A stretch of 64,000 bases of DNA from Octopus vulgaris (GCA_951406725.2 OX597819.1:44702001-44766000); one strand, 5' to 3'. Counted from the first letter of the stretch, positions 12,060-25,535 are shown. Made by a program: numbers and translations. The notes: generated by a model not told the origin, from the letters alone.

Positions 12060-12548
12060 CATAAGATAGACCTCTGTGTGTGTGTGCGTGTGTGTGTGTG
12101 TGTGCGCGTGTGTGTTTGTGCGCGTGTGTGTGTGTGTGTGTATTGTCTTTTCAAGCGAAACGGCTGAGCGATGCATGAATGATTTGACCTCGGATACATA
12201 ATAGGGTCTTCAGTTTACGTTTTTATTAAAAATAAAGTAATAATCCTTTATATATATGATTCACTTCTTTAAAAAAGGTTTCTCAATGTCAACTTCAGGT
12301 ATTGACATACCAACCGCGAAATTTTCCGTTTTTATTTGCGAAATATCTCACTTACTATTTTAATGTTTTCATTTCAAGTTTTAATTCGCTATTTGCAAAC
12401 GACTGCGATAAATTAATGAAAGAAATATTTACTAAGTACACAAACTTAAATATTCGGTAACGTTTTTAACGACCTTTTATTTGTACGAATTTTTCATTTC
12501 ATGTTTATTTCATTCATTGTTTACAATGCTATCTCTCTTCCCTCTCAC

Positions 12549-12583
<35 letters not shown>

Positions 12584-12857
12584 CACAGACACACAAACAC
12601 TGTCTCTCAAAAAGAAACACTCATACACACCAGGTTTGATTTTGTTATTACACAAATATCACATTAGAATTTAGCAATTCAACATAGACCGTCCGAAAAA
12701 ATATGCGCATTCTTTCGCTTGAACCCGCCCACTTCTTAAATTCCCGCTACAAATTTTTACTTGTTGCGCGCCGTGTTCAACTCTATGTATTTGTAGTCAG
12801 TCACATACGCACACGTATGTCCTTGTATGTACGTTTGTATAGAGTTATGTATGTATA

Positions 12858-12895
<38 letters not shown>

Positions 12896-15022
12896 CAGGG
12901 GTGTGGTGTCATGTATACGTACATCCACTAATACATATGCATATTTATTTATGTATGTGTGCGTGTGTGCATAAGAGAGAGAAAGAGAGTGATCTCTAAG
13001 TGGTTCTCTCTCCCTCACACACAACCGTTTCATCTGCTGTTTGATACTGTACGTATGTATGTGTGTGTTTGTGTGCGTACGGCGTTCCACAATTGCCATT
13101 TATTTCAATCACTCCTGTGAAGATATTCACGTAACTTATTTTATCATTTAAGCCACATTTTTAATTTTCAAAAATATTTCCCAGAACAATATTCTCACTC
13201 TCTACAAGAGGAGATGGAGTAGATGTAAATGATCAGTATTCTACAGTGATGCAAAGACGAGTACAGGTAGCCAGAGTCAATGTTGAATTCTGCAACTCTT
13301 GACCCTATTAAGTAGGTTTGCTAATGTATAAACAAAGGATTAGATGCTGCAACATACACACTTATGCAGATAGGGCAGTCAACAGTTAAATAAAAATGAC
13401 GAAGATGCACAGTATGAGAGAGGAAGATACATCAGTACCAATAAGCTTTTTGGAGCATCTTCAATTTTCCCATTCATGAGAGACACCCAGCCATTATTCA
13501 TCTGAGTGTCCATCTAGAGACTGGCCATAGGGTTATCTTTACATAACAAACTGCATTGCAACAGGCACTTCCTCCAAAAGAAACTACCCTAACTGCCGTT
13601 TTAAAGTTGTGGCAAGTAGATGAAAATGCTGGAAAACTCCTTTGCTCACAACTACCGAAGTACTACATCTGGAGAAAAAATAAATAGCACAAAGAGAAAC
13701 GTGAGGCCGACAGTCTTGCTAGAGTTTACAGTGCCCACCCAAGCCAAGCAGGATGCTACAATTTACAGCTCTTTTGCATGAAGTACGTGATCCCAAATCA
13801 TTCCAATATTCGAGGAGGGTAAATGGTTATGTGTGTGAAATTTATAGGGGAAGCATGCTATCAACAAGATTTTTTAGAAAATGTTGAACATTGGACCGTG
13901 CATTGATTGCAGCACCAGTATCAGATTCTCCAAGGAAACTCCGCAACCTCTTTGCAATTATACTGAATATGTGTTAAATTGGCAGTCCCCTACAGCTTTG
14001 GATGAAACATTTTGAGGTCATGGCTGAGGACTTAAAGGATGCAGTCATTCCGAGATGAACAATATCTGATGAAATAAAAGCATGTATTAAATTTTCACAC
14101 GTATGAAATAAAGTACAGAAATTTTGCTTCAATAATTACATGTGAGATTTATTACATGGGGTCCAATGAGCAGAACAGTTTTCAACCTGGCTCCTCCTAT
14201 TAGGAAATAGGAAAATACCATTTGATGGGAATGGTGATATCAGTTTGGCTCATATTGCTATCATGGGGAATCCCCAAGCTGAATTGAAGAAATGGGTATT
14301 ACGAGACTTAAGTAATTATTATAATTGACATAAACGGTTGTGTGACAGGATAATTCTTGCTCCAAAAAATGAGAGTAGCATAAATTAATGAAAAAGATTC
14401 CAAAAGTCATTATAGAGTACAAATCAGTTGATTCAGTCCTTGAAGAAAATCAAGTTGTCCATTACACACCAGAATTCCTTAATTCTCTTGAGCCACCTGG
14501 CAGAACTCCACACAAACCTTTTCTAATGGCAGGAGTCCTAATAATGCTTCTATGAAATTTAGATCCTCTTCAGTTATGCAATGAGACAAGGTTGTTTGTG
14601 AAAACATTATGATCTACTGTGATAGAAGCTACTATCATCACTGGATGTGCTTCTGGGGAACACCCAGTTAGCGTTTTCATTCTATTACATTTTCTAATTT
14701 AGCCAACAGACGTGTTCATTGGTAGAGGCATTGGCAAACGAAGAACAATTCCCATCATATGTCTTTGCATTCGAGAAATGTGTATTACTAAAGCTCAACG
14801 ACAAATTATGAAATCTACTGGCTTGCACTTAATTGAGCCTCACTTTCCTCATGGTTGCTCCACGGTTGGTAGTTTGCAAGACTTACTTGTCTATACTTCA
14901 AACTAGAAAACAAAGAATGTTGTTTACCCAGATGCTCTGACGTATTTTCCTTCAGCAGTAATGAAAGAAGATCAAATTTATCATCCGATTCCATTAAAAG
15001 TGGATAAATGTTAATTTTACAC

Positions 15023-15092
<70 letters not shown>

Positions 15093-15240
15093 GCATTATG
15101 AATTCAGAATTTTTACCCATTTAAAGAATGAATTGTATCCCAATTCAATAATAAATTGAGTATAGAATAACAAAATTCTATACATAATATATTACTTTTT
15201 CCATCCAATATATAAGGAAGAATTTCGTTCTCGGGCAACG
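12060..15240 (+). mobile_element. Helitron copy 2, internally deleted and decayed
   Basis: Contains the RepHel pseudogene below; ends in the half-hairpin CTCGGGCAACG with no terminal CTAG. Confidence 0.85.
13185..14940 (+). pseudogene. Helitron Rep/PIF1-like helicase (RepHel) pseudogene
   Basis: Manual translation gives VNVEFCNS, GRYIST, FPIHERHPAIIHLSVHLE, PPKETTLTA, PRKLRNLFAIIL, ILAPKNE, YTPEFLNSLEPPG, NLDPLQLCNETRL, ITKAQRQ and KTKNVVYPDAL; many stops and frameshifts; the N-terminal helicase motifs are deleted near 14035. Confidence 0.9.
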
Positions 15241-15514
15241 TTTCATAAATTACAAGAACACGCTTAGTCTGGTATTGAGCACCATGTTAGTGGCTAGGAT
15301 TATGTCTGCCATTCCTTGAGAAGCGTACTAGTTTCGGGGACTCTGTGCCTGATAGGAGTCAAAGAATGTGGTTGCAAAATGATTCGCTATAATCTACGAT
15401 TCCTAACAGTACTTTGCTGAATAGTGCCAATGTTTTAATTTTCTTCATTCCATGAAAGGAATCCCATCACTGAAGATTGTATGTTATATTATGTTAATAA
15501 TATATATATATTTG

Positions 15515-15555
15515 GCGGTGCCCCAGCATGGTCGAAGTCAAATGACTGAAACAAG

Positions 15556-15557
<2 letters not shown>
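15515..15557 (+). mobile_element. Isolated SINE A/LINE 3' tail inside (TA)n
   Basis: GGCGGTGCCCCAGCATGGTCGAAGTCAAATGACTGAAACAAGTA. Confidence 0.8.
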
Positions 15558-15594
<37 letters not shown>

Positions 15595-15595
<1 letters not shown>

Positions 15596-15968
15596 GAGTA
15601 AAACGCACCCCCGTACAATGGATGGTGCTGAGCTGTCAAACATTTAAACCAAATTTTCTCAAAACGACTTGTCCGACCGTTCCATAGGCGTCCCCTTTGA
15701 GAAACACTGATTTAACCTAAATTTGAGACACCAGCAAAAGAAGAAATAAAGATAGACTTTTTTCTACTCCAAAAAAAACGATTTTCCCACGGCTTTATCG
15801 ATCGCATTCTCACCTGGAATCGATTTTTGTAATTTTTTCAAGACTTATAGACGCCCTGATACTGTCGATATCTACATATCAAATTTGAGCGCAATAGGAT
15901 GGAGGATGCCCGAGATCCTAGAAGGCACACAAACACACACACACACAGAACGGATTTTATATAATAGA
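15595..15968 (-). mobile_element. Non-autonomous Helitron
   Basis: Minus strand begins A|TCTATTATATAAAA plus a GT tract and ends with hairpin CACCATCC..GGGGGTG followed by CTCG|T (decayed CTAG). Confidence 0.6.
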
Positions 15969-17232
15969 TTTCCAAGAAGTAAATGCGTCACTCATTTATA
16001 AATGTTTTACATTGATTATGCAGATATTGCTCGCATAATTATCTAATACCTTCCACTTTTCTTAAAAGGTTCTTTCACTTTTCTCATATATTTGATCAGT
16101 GTTTGTATGGACATGTATATGTATTCATACATCATACATATACACACAAACTCATACATATATACACACACATATATGTATATATATATACATACATATA
16201 GATATGCGTACATATACTAACGCAGGCACTACATACACATACACATATATATGTATATACGTATATATGTGCGCAGAAGTGTTTTCTTTCTAACACTACA
16301 TCTACTTATAAATCCATATATCTATCTATATATAAATATTTACATCTTTATCTAGCTCTTCGTTTATGTATCCGCTCCTCTACTCTTTTCCCGTATATTT
16401 AGGAAACCATTCATCATACGCATACCAGTATAGACATATGCAGATACATGTATGGGAGCACACACGCGTAATATAATTATGGTTCAATTATGAAACAGTA
16501 TATGAAACCTGTCAGTTTCAATAAGGAGTAGTAGTCGACTGTGTCCTTAGTCAACCATGCTTGACTGAAGAAAGCAGCCGTGTTCTTGGTAGAGGCAGTG
16601 GCAGCAGCAGCAGGTTTTCCAGAACATTCCCATCGTATGTTTCATTGAGAAATGTGTAAAACTAAAAGTTTTCCTCATACAACCTCATAATTTATCTCTT
16701 TTCATTCCTCGTTGTTCTTAATGTCGGGGAGTAATTACTATTGACATTTCTCTCTTTCTGAATGTGAATTCAACAAATAAGTATCGCCACTCAAATATGT
16801 AAATGCATCTGCTATGTAATTAGAGTAATAAAGAAGATCAAATATCATACGATTAGCAACTAGTATATATAGACCAGGGATCGATAAAGTAATTTAAAAT
16901 CTGAAGCTTATTAAGCGCTATGCCATACTGTATCAATGTTATAATCTTTTACATAATTTCAACTGAATCAAACAGTTAACATTCGATACAACAGAGGTCA
17001 TTGAGATGTTAGGGGAGACCAGTTATAGCTGTCTTAGATTATTGTAATTAGTATATTATTACTAGACAACCTGAACGAGGAAACCTTTGATCATATGACG
17101 TTGAAGTAGCTGCAACGCCATATTTTGTTCATCCTTAGTGTATTATATTATCCGCAATATCGGCAACTCCATTTTTTTAAAAAGAAAATCGTAGTTTTTG
17201 GATTGCGGTCAATAACCTACTTCATTTCTTAG

Positions 17233-17710
17233 TGAAGGCGTGTGGCAACGGGGTTAGAATATTCGACTCAAGATCGTTAGGCTGTGAGTTCGATACACGG
17301 CGGTGCGCTGTTTTCTTGAGCAACACATTTTATTTCACGTTGTTCTACTCCACTCAGCTGACAAAAATGAATTGTACCTGTTTTTCGAAGGGCCAACCTT
17401 GTCACACTCTTTGTCACGCTGAATTTCCCTGTCTCTGGATTGTTATTGTTGTTAAGCAGCAAGACTGGTAAGGGTGATTAGGTGGTGGTCTAGGGCTTAG
17501 GGGCAGGAGACCCCAGACCTTGGAAAAAAAACTTTGGTCGTCTTGTTTTAGTCAAGGTGGCCCACGAAGTCGCTGAAAATGGAGATTTCCAGGTCCAAAT
17601 TCTTGAACGGCTCCTGTCTTTGGAGTGTTCGGCTACTCGCACGTTAATTACTCCAGCAACCCATACATTTGATCGAAAACCTCGTCGTCGTAAACCGAAG
17701 GCTTGCTAGT
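17233..17710 (+). mobile_element. SINE C copy split by an unrelated insert of about 185 bp (17431-17614)
   Basis: 17233-17430 and 17615-17710 match the 5' and 3' parts of the reverse complement of 4568-4879. Confidence 0.7.
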
Positions 17711-17946
17711 TACTGATTTACTTGTAGGTCTCAGAAGAACCGTTTCATTGATTCGGCGATGTGTTGTGTTTGTTATTGTCGTAGTTGCTTAACCCTTGGT
17801 CAACAAGATGCTACATATTTTATATGAAAGATGTTCCATCAGTTATTATGCAGTCGTCATATAACACATATATCAATAAAGATGTTTCATATTGACTTGT
17901 GTGTAGTCACTTTGTGCCCGTTATGTGTTTATTAATTTTCATCAAA

Positions 17947-18016
17947 TCTATCTATCTATCTATCTGTCTGTCTGTTTTCTGTCTACCTATCTAGCCATCC
18001 ATCTATCTATCTATCA

Positions 18017-18097
<81 letters not shown>
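17947..18097. repeat. (TCTA)n microsatellite
   Basis: Directly visible. Confidence 0.97.
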
Positions 18098-18280
18098 ACA
18101 TTTTATCTTTCTAACTATCTCTGAATCGCTTAATCTATTTATATATCTGTCTATCTATGTATGTATTAAATATCTATATATCTGTGTGTATGCGTGTTTG
18201 CGCCTGTGCGTGTATGTGTGCTTATGTATATTTATAGTTATACATATATATGTATATATCATACAAATATACGTATATAC

Positions 18281-18368
<88 letters not shown>

Positions 18369-18678
18369 CTATATAAAGACACGCACACACACACACAAAA
18401 TTTAATATGGTCAGCCAATATTAAAACCGAATAAACCTGTCAGTTTCAATAAGGAGTAGTAGTCGACTGTGTCCTTAGTCAACCATGCTTGACTGAAGAA
18501 AGGCGCCTATTATTCTTATATCTTTAGCCAATGGTGTTTGACTGACTTAGTCAGTTTGATTTCCACTAATAGAATTAAATTAAATTCTGTTCCCGTTATT
18601 GAGCTTTTTTTTCTTCCGGTCGTTACCATACATACATACATACACACACACATATATATATATATATATGTATATGTG

Positions 18679-18731
<53 letters not shown>

Positions 18732-18746
18732 TCAATCACACACATA

Positions 18747-19987
18747 CAGATAAGCATTCCAGAAGTCTTGAGATGTTAGGGGAAACAGTTATAGCTGTCT
18801 TAGATTATTGTAATTTTAGTATATTATTACTGTACATATAACAAGCTGACCTACCAACTTTGTCTCACAGATTGATGGAAGCGGCTGTAACAGCCTTTTG
18901 AACACACCCTAGTAAACGCAGCTTGTCGCAATCGACTAGTTTGCAGACGTGGAGACAATTTGGAAACTCGCTATACGATAAAGTTTTGTGTTAAACTGGA
19001 GAAATCACTACAGAGAATTATGAAACGCTCTAAATTACTTTGGGATTAACTTGCATGAGCTGAGCATCAGTTAGTGCCAGCGCAAGAGGTTTAATAACGG
19101 TGGGAGGATGTGAGAGTTAATGAGAGTTATGAGATAGAGAGGGGCGTCAGAACATCACAACTGGTTGAGAAAATTCTCAATTTTTTCTGGATCAAGATTT
19201 TAGTGCGTCTAAAAAGGCGATTAACACACAGTTTAAAGTTGATGTGGCAACTTTTCACAGAATTATGCATGAAGCCCTGAATGTGCGCTAAATTTGTGCA
19301 AAGTTTGTTCCCATAGCGCTCCTTGACGAACAGAAGGAAAGACAAGTTTTTGACTGTGGTGAGATTGTTGAGCTCATTGACGCTAATGAAAGAGTACTAG
19401 AGTATCTGGTAACTTGTGAAGAAAGATCGATTTATTGTTATGATAGAGAGACAGAGAGCCCGATGGGCACATCTTGCCTATCCCGTAGACTATATTTTTT
19501 TATATATTTTTTTCGACTGTATTAGCTATATCCACTGAGTTCCCTCTGGCCGTTAGATCAAAAAGAAGTACTTAGGGAACGTTTTGCGGGAGTTCAGAGG
19601 TTTCATCACAAAAACCAGAGCTCCTCCACTCGGGTCGGTGGCACCTGCACCAGGACAATGCACCAGTCCACATTCCATTCTGGTGACCAGCTACTTGACA
19701 GAGATATGTATCAAAATTGCCCCCACGCTCTTGCTACAGCCAAGGCTTTGCTCCCAGTTACATTTGGTTGTTCTCCAAGCTGATGGGAAATTTCAGGGGG
19801 CTGTCTTTTTGAAGGCATTGGAGGTTGTGACAAGGGTTAACGACACCTTCATTTTTGAAGCTTTCCACAGTGGGGCGCTACAGCAAGTACATTGTAGTTA
19901 GAGGGTTTTAATTTAAGGGAGATTAGGGCTTTGCATGTCCTTGAAATTAATTAATACATGTCTCTCCAGCTTCTGGAATGCAACTAG
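18747..19987 (+). mobile_element. Decayed mariner (DD34D-type) transposon
   Basis: Remnant peptides ETRYTIKFCVKL, ICAKFVP, VTCEERSIYCYD, WHLHQDNAPVH and FAPSYIWLFSKL; residual TIR core GCATTCCAGAAG at both ends with TA flanks. Confidence 0.85.
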
Positions 19988-20211
19988 TATATATAGACCA
20001 GGGATCGATGCACGATATGTCGAAACGATCGCTGTGAACATTAAAGTTCCCCGTGTATTCAGTTTTCAGTCTCTATCGTTTGTTTTATGCTCAACGTATA
20101 CTCAGGATTCCTTGAAGTAGATCCAGCGTGGATGACACCAGATGGCCATAGACAGGGAATATTCTTTATCGGCGTACTACTTGGAACATACCCAACACTT
20201 GAATATTTACT

Positions 20212-20264
<53 letters not shown>

Positions 20265-21039
20265 ATATGTGTGTGTGCGCGTGTGTGTGTGTACATATAT
20301 ATACATGTGTAGATGCACTCGCACACACACACAAATATGTGTACGCTCGCATGTGTGTATGTATATATGTATTACGTACGTATGTATGTATGTATGTATG
20401 TATGTATGTATGTATGTATGTACGTATGTATGCATGTATATACGTATGTAGGTATACGCACATATGCAGGTAAAGTGTCGCGTACTACTGTGAAATTTAC
20501 AAAGTTATGGCGATGACAATAAATCTATATGGAAAAGTCCTTGTAATTACAGGGTTTAACTAAGTTATCCATTAACAAACTTGAGATGAGCTACACGAAA
20601 AACCCAGCCATGAATGAATATAGTTTCAAACACTTAAGATATTTAAGACGTTCTTTTAAAGTAACATGCAGTACGTATGCATACATACATTTATAAATCA
20701 AAATACATCTGTGTAACCATACATATGTCAAAGGCATGCGTTTTGATAAACATTCTGAACCAAAACAATTTTATAAAATTATTCTTTGTTCGTTTCATTT
20801 GTGTCTCACTCAAAGCATACCGCTTGAAACCGATGTCGGAGCGGATGGATACGCCTGTCGGTTGAGTTTGGGATTAAAATAAGTTGATGCATGCTGAAAC
20901 ACTCTATCCCCCTTGCTCAATTCAGCGCAGTATTCTGTTGGCAGGAAATGAACTTGACACTGTATCATAGACAACTTCCATGTTACTGTTAATGTCTTTG
21001 TGTTGTCATTAAAATTATTTGACACCCTTTGTTATTTCA

Positions 21040-21620
21040 ACGTGCCAAAAAGAAATATACGACTGAAGCATCAAAGAAAAATCTCACAAGACTCGCAACT
21101 TTAGAGCAACAAATGTATGAAATTTTAAGATAACATCAAACCCCAAATACCGCTAGAACATCTGTTATATTGCCTGAACTCTTCAACTGTCTGTACAATT
21201 TCGAAAACGAAAGAATTCGATAAAAGTCAAGAATGCACACTTCATGGAATCTACTTGGCCAAACACTAAAGAAGATAGTATCATTCCTCAAATGGAGAAG
21301 ATTTTGGTAGCATAAATTAGTGATCAAATACAGAAATGAAATATCTCTGATTCTTACTATAACACGTGTACATAAGTTACGATAAAATGCGTTTATATGT
21401 TTTTGTTTAGCTTTTGTAATGAAAAATACAGCACAGAAACTATTGGTGCAAGTAAAGAATTGTTTGTCTGCTATAAGAAGAGAGCAGATTGGCATAAGTT
21501 AAAATTACTTGGAATAACAGACAGCACCCATGATGAACCGGCGAAATCCTCGACCCCATCATAACTTAGAAGAAAAATTATGGAAAATTATGCCTACTCA
21601 ATCTTCGATGAATAGAAGGC
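21040..21620 (+). pseudogene. Tigger/pogo-like transposase remnant (CENP-B-type HTH region)
   Basis: SSTVCTISKTKE (21180), IPQMEKILVA*ISDQIQK (21283), IGASKELFVCYKKRA (about 21440) and LWKIMP resemble the Tigger motifs STICTILK, MEKLLxxW, ASxGWFxRFKKR and FWKKMP. Confidence 0.65.
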
Positions 21621-22481
21621 AAGGTTCTTTTCGAGAAATTCCAAGAAGTATCATCAATGTCTAGAACAAACCGTTTTCGAGAAATGTGCAGTATAAGACA
21701 TCGCTCATCGTGATGCGGGCCGCACATCTAAAATGTTTAAATGTAACTTTTCGTGAAGAGTGTCATTCAGAATGTCCAGCAGTTTGCTGATGACTGGCTT
21801 AGATTAAAAGTGTCAAAATCGCCTTACTTTAATACCTGCTGGCAATACAAGTGCATACTGCATACTCAAACTCATTGCCAATTTATAGCTCAGGAAAAAA
21901 ATCTGAAAATATAACGAAATATAATTTCCAAACTATATGGAAATCCAACACAAACATTTTTATTGAAACTTCATTTTTTGAAGATTGATTTTCACATTAT
22001 TTCATCCCTGACGTAAAACAATAACGCAGGGGCAAAACGAACAACGTTCCTGCGTTATAACTTTGTTTTATGCAGTCAAAAAGTAATCTAATAACTGGAG
22101 ATTATTTCAAGTTTTGAGGAATATTTTTTGTGAGAGGCATTTGAAATATTTAGGGACTTTTGGAAAAAGCTTTGTTATGTTATATCATCAAAATTTTGCT
22201 TTCAACAAAATGTCAATTAAAGATATGAACTCTTTCACAAAATGTGATCGTTAATTTTGGAGGACGTGGAAATCCGTAAAGAAATCAAAACAATAGTCCA
22301 GCTTGCTAAACTAACTGTATGTCGAAGTTTCTAGAAATGATATAAAATCGTATTGAAACTCACAATGACAAAACCACGAAATAACAACTTGCTCGAGATG
22401 ATAACTCGATAAAAAGTTGAAGCGAAACAATGTTCTCTCGTATTTTCCAAAATATTTTCTCTAAATATGACTGTAAATGTA

Positions 22482-22641
22482 GGCACAGATATAGCTGTAT
22501 GGTAAGAAGCTTGCTTCCCAAAGACATGAATCCGGGTTCAGACCCACTGCGTGGCACCTTTCTGCTGTAGTCTCGGGCCGCCCAAAGCCTTGCGAATGGA
22601 TTTAGTAGACAGAAATGGAAAGAAACCCGCCATATATATAT

Positions 22642-22675
<34 letters not shown>

Positions 22676-22994
22676 CACCGTGATCACCGTGACCGACCAG
22701 AATATCAGATATTGCTACACATCGCTGGTCACAATGCGCTTCGTATTGTTTTAGCCTTCAAATGACGCCACCCCGCTGGCTAAGCGAGCAAGCCAACAGT
22801 AGAAAGAGTGAGAGAAAGTTGTGGCGAAAGAGTACAGCAGGGATCGCCACCAGCCCCTGCCGGAGCCTCGTGAAGCTTTAGGTGTTTTTTCGCACAATAA
22901 ACACTTATAACGCCTGATCTGGGAATCGAAACCGCGATCCTACAACCGAGATTCCGATGCCCTAATCACTGGGCTATTGTATATATATATATCG

Positions 22995-23063
<69 letters not shown>

Positions 23064-23360
23064 ATGCATGTATGTATGTATGTATGTATGTATGTATGTA
23101 TGTATTTATTTATGTGTGTGTGTGAGTGTGAGTATCTATGTATGTTTTTTGTGTTTGTGTTTCTTCCCTACTACCGATTGGCTACCTGTGTTGGTGTGTT
23201 TCTTTTCCCGTAACTTAGCAGCTCAGCTAAACGTCCGGAAGAATAAGTCCGAAGATTAAAAAAAAAAATATTGGGGTCGATTCATTCTATTAAAAAGTTT
23301 TCAAGACTTTGCTCCAGCATGGTCGTAGTCTAATGACTAAAACAATTAAAACACAAAAGA
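22482..23360 (+). mobile_element. Old SINE A whose internal microsatellite hosts a SINE D
   Basis: 5' half at 22482-22632 and 3' half at about 23150-23360 (CCCGTAACTTAGC...GCTCCAGCATGGTCGTAGTCTAATGACT). Confidence 0.75.
22675..22979 (-). mobile_element. tRNA(Arg)-like SINE family D, tail type 1
   Basis: Minus-strand head TAGCCCAGTGATTAGGGC...GCGGTTTCGATTCCC; about 180 nt shared with 62204-62388; ends in (CACGGTGAT)2. Confidence 0.85.
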
Positions 23361-23610
23361 TATCTTGATTATGCGCTGAAGATAATAATTTCTTTATAAT
23401 TCCTTGATTTCTCTTAATTGAAAATTGAATTGCAACCAAACACATGAATATCAGATCCATTTTTATAGGGAAAATTTCCCCACTTTAGAATCTTCGAATA
23501 CACACGTAAGGTAGATAACAATAACGTGTGTGGGTACACATACATTGATGTGTGTGTATATATGTACACAGACACATATATGTACGTGTGTGTGTGTATA
23601 TATATATATA

Positions 23611-24522
23611 CTAGCAGTATCGCCCGACGTTGCTCGGATTTGTAAGGGAAATAACTATAAAGCATTTTTAGAGAGTTATAGCCAAAAAATAGCAAAAAAT
23701 GCATTAAAAGTGGAAAAAAAACTTATAGTAATTTTTTTTTTAATCGTTGACTCATCGTAGACATTTTTAGAGAGTTACTTCCCTTATATAATAGAAAAAA
23801 ATGCATTAAAATGGAAAAAAATGATGGTAAATTATTTTTAAAATCGTAGACTCATCGTAGACGCGCGCTAATACCCAGAAGGGCTTGATATGAATCACGA
23901 CTATAAGATACCCGGTTTTGGTTAAACTGCACCGCAAAATGTGGGAGTAGTTAGGAATCTAAATCGTAGGAGACAGACACACAACTTCACTTTTATATAT
24001 AAAGATTTGTGCAACAGCTAAAACATTCGGTTGTGCAAATTGTTTGCACAGGAAACCTGCCCTGTGTGGCGGTTTTTGCCGTTTTTGTGGATCTGTTTCA
24101 GCTTTTTTAGCGATTTCTCTTTTGGCGACTTCAAGCCATGAAGTCGTTGTTCTAAAAGAACGCTGGTCTCCATGACAACGCTTTACGACGTTGATTTCCT
24201 TACACTCCCTTCCCCACAGCTTCACGAGGGAGGGAAGAAGGGGGAGAAGCAACACAGGTGCAGGTGTGACCATGGACGCCAATTCCGCCGCCATCGACAC
24301 ACGAAAAAATATGCGTTAAAATGGAAAAAAAATTATAGTAAATTATTTTTAAAATCGTAGACTCATCGTAGACGCGCGCTAATACCCAGACGGGCTCGAT
24401 ATGAATCACGACTTTAAGCTACCCGAATTTGGTTAAACTGCACCGCAAAATGTGGGAGTAGTTAGGAATCTAAATTGTAGGAGACAGACACTCACACAAC
24501 ATATTTTTTATATATATAAAGA
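23611..24522 (-). mobile_element. Non-autonomous Helitron with two 5' ends
   Basis: 3' hairpin CCGAGCAACGTCGG plus CTAG|T at 23611; A|TCTTTATATATA starts at both 24005 and 24522; 23795-24005 is repeated at about 24305-24522. Confidence 0.8.
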
Positions 24523-24677
24523 TATACGTCAAAATATGCAGCAGGGTATCAAGTAGTGATGCATTACGACCATATATGCATGTATATAAATATAAATATG
24601 CATATTTGTATAAATAGACACACACACACACACATATATATATATACATGCATACATATATACATACATACATTCTT

Positions 24678-24711
<34 letters not shown>

Positions 24712-24724
24712 GTATAAATTATGA

Positions 24725-24840
24725 ACGCGTGTGGCCTTGTGGTTCGGGTATGTCGACTACGATCGTAAGATCATCCGTACGATTCTCGGCGGCACATTGC
24801 GTCGTTCGATGCTTTATTTCACGTTGTTCCTGTCCATTCC
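24725..24840 (+). mobile_element. Degenerate SINE C 5' fragment
   Basis: GCGTGTGGCCTTGTGGTTCGGG...TTTATTTCACGTTGTTC is similar to 17238-17345. Confidence 0.6.
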
Positions 24841-25268
24841 AGGTGTATGTGTGCATATGTTTGCATGTATGTGTATGAAGGACGGGTGTCAAGAGTGGTA
24901 AACTACTCTACAATCGTTAGAACGGCCGTTGGGGTGCTTTGCGTATATTTGTTCTCTGTCTTTGCGATGTGAGTTCAAATATCCCTATGGCCTACATGGA
25001 TTGTAGATATGATCTGTCGCCTCTTAAACACCCCCATAAAACAGCCACCCGGTTCCTCGACGCATTTAAGGAGTCCACTGCCTTACGAGCATTCGAACGA
25101 GTCAGATCTCTGTATTGAAAGTGATTTCCTTACATTCTTCAACTAATCTCAGAGATCTTGAAATGGGACAAAGCGTCTGCTCCCACTGTCTGAATAAGAC
25201 ACACGAAAGCCACTCAGGGTTACCTGACTGATGGGCAGATGAACATGGTGTCTCATATTCATTTATAG

Positions 25269-25517
25269 TAGTGATTATCAATCATTTTCTTTTACCTATG
25301 GATACTTTTGATTTCAATTATACTCGGATAGACCTTCATAACAATTAGATGTTTAAATAATCAAATACAACTGAATATTACAACGATTTGTATAAAACAA
25401 AATTATCAAAATATTTTTGAATTGTAGAAGCATAAACAATTTATTTCAGATAAATTTTAACAACAAAATCATATATGGACCACCAAGAACCACACGGGCC
25501 CCGGTTGAGAACCACTG
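25269..25517. mobile_element. hAT (Charlie-like) MITE
   Basis: Right end GGTTGAGAACCACTG is the reverse complement of CAGTGGTTCTCAACC; decayed left end TAGTGATTATCAATC. Confidence 0.55.
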
Positions 25518-25535
25518 ATTTAGAGATACTACGTT

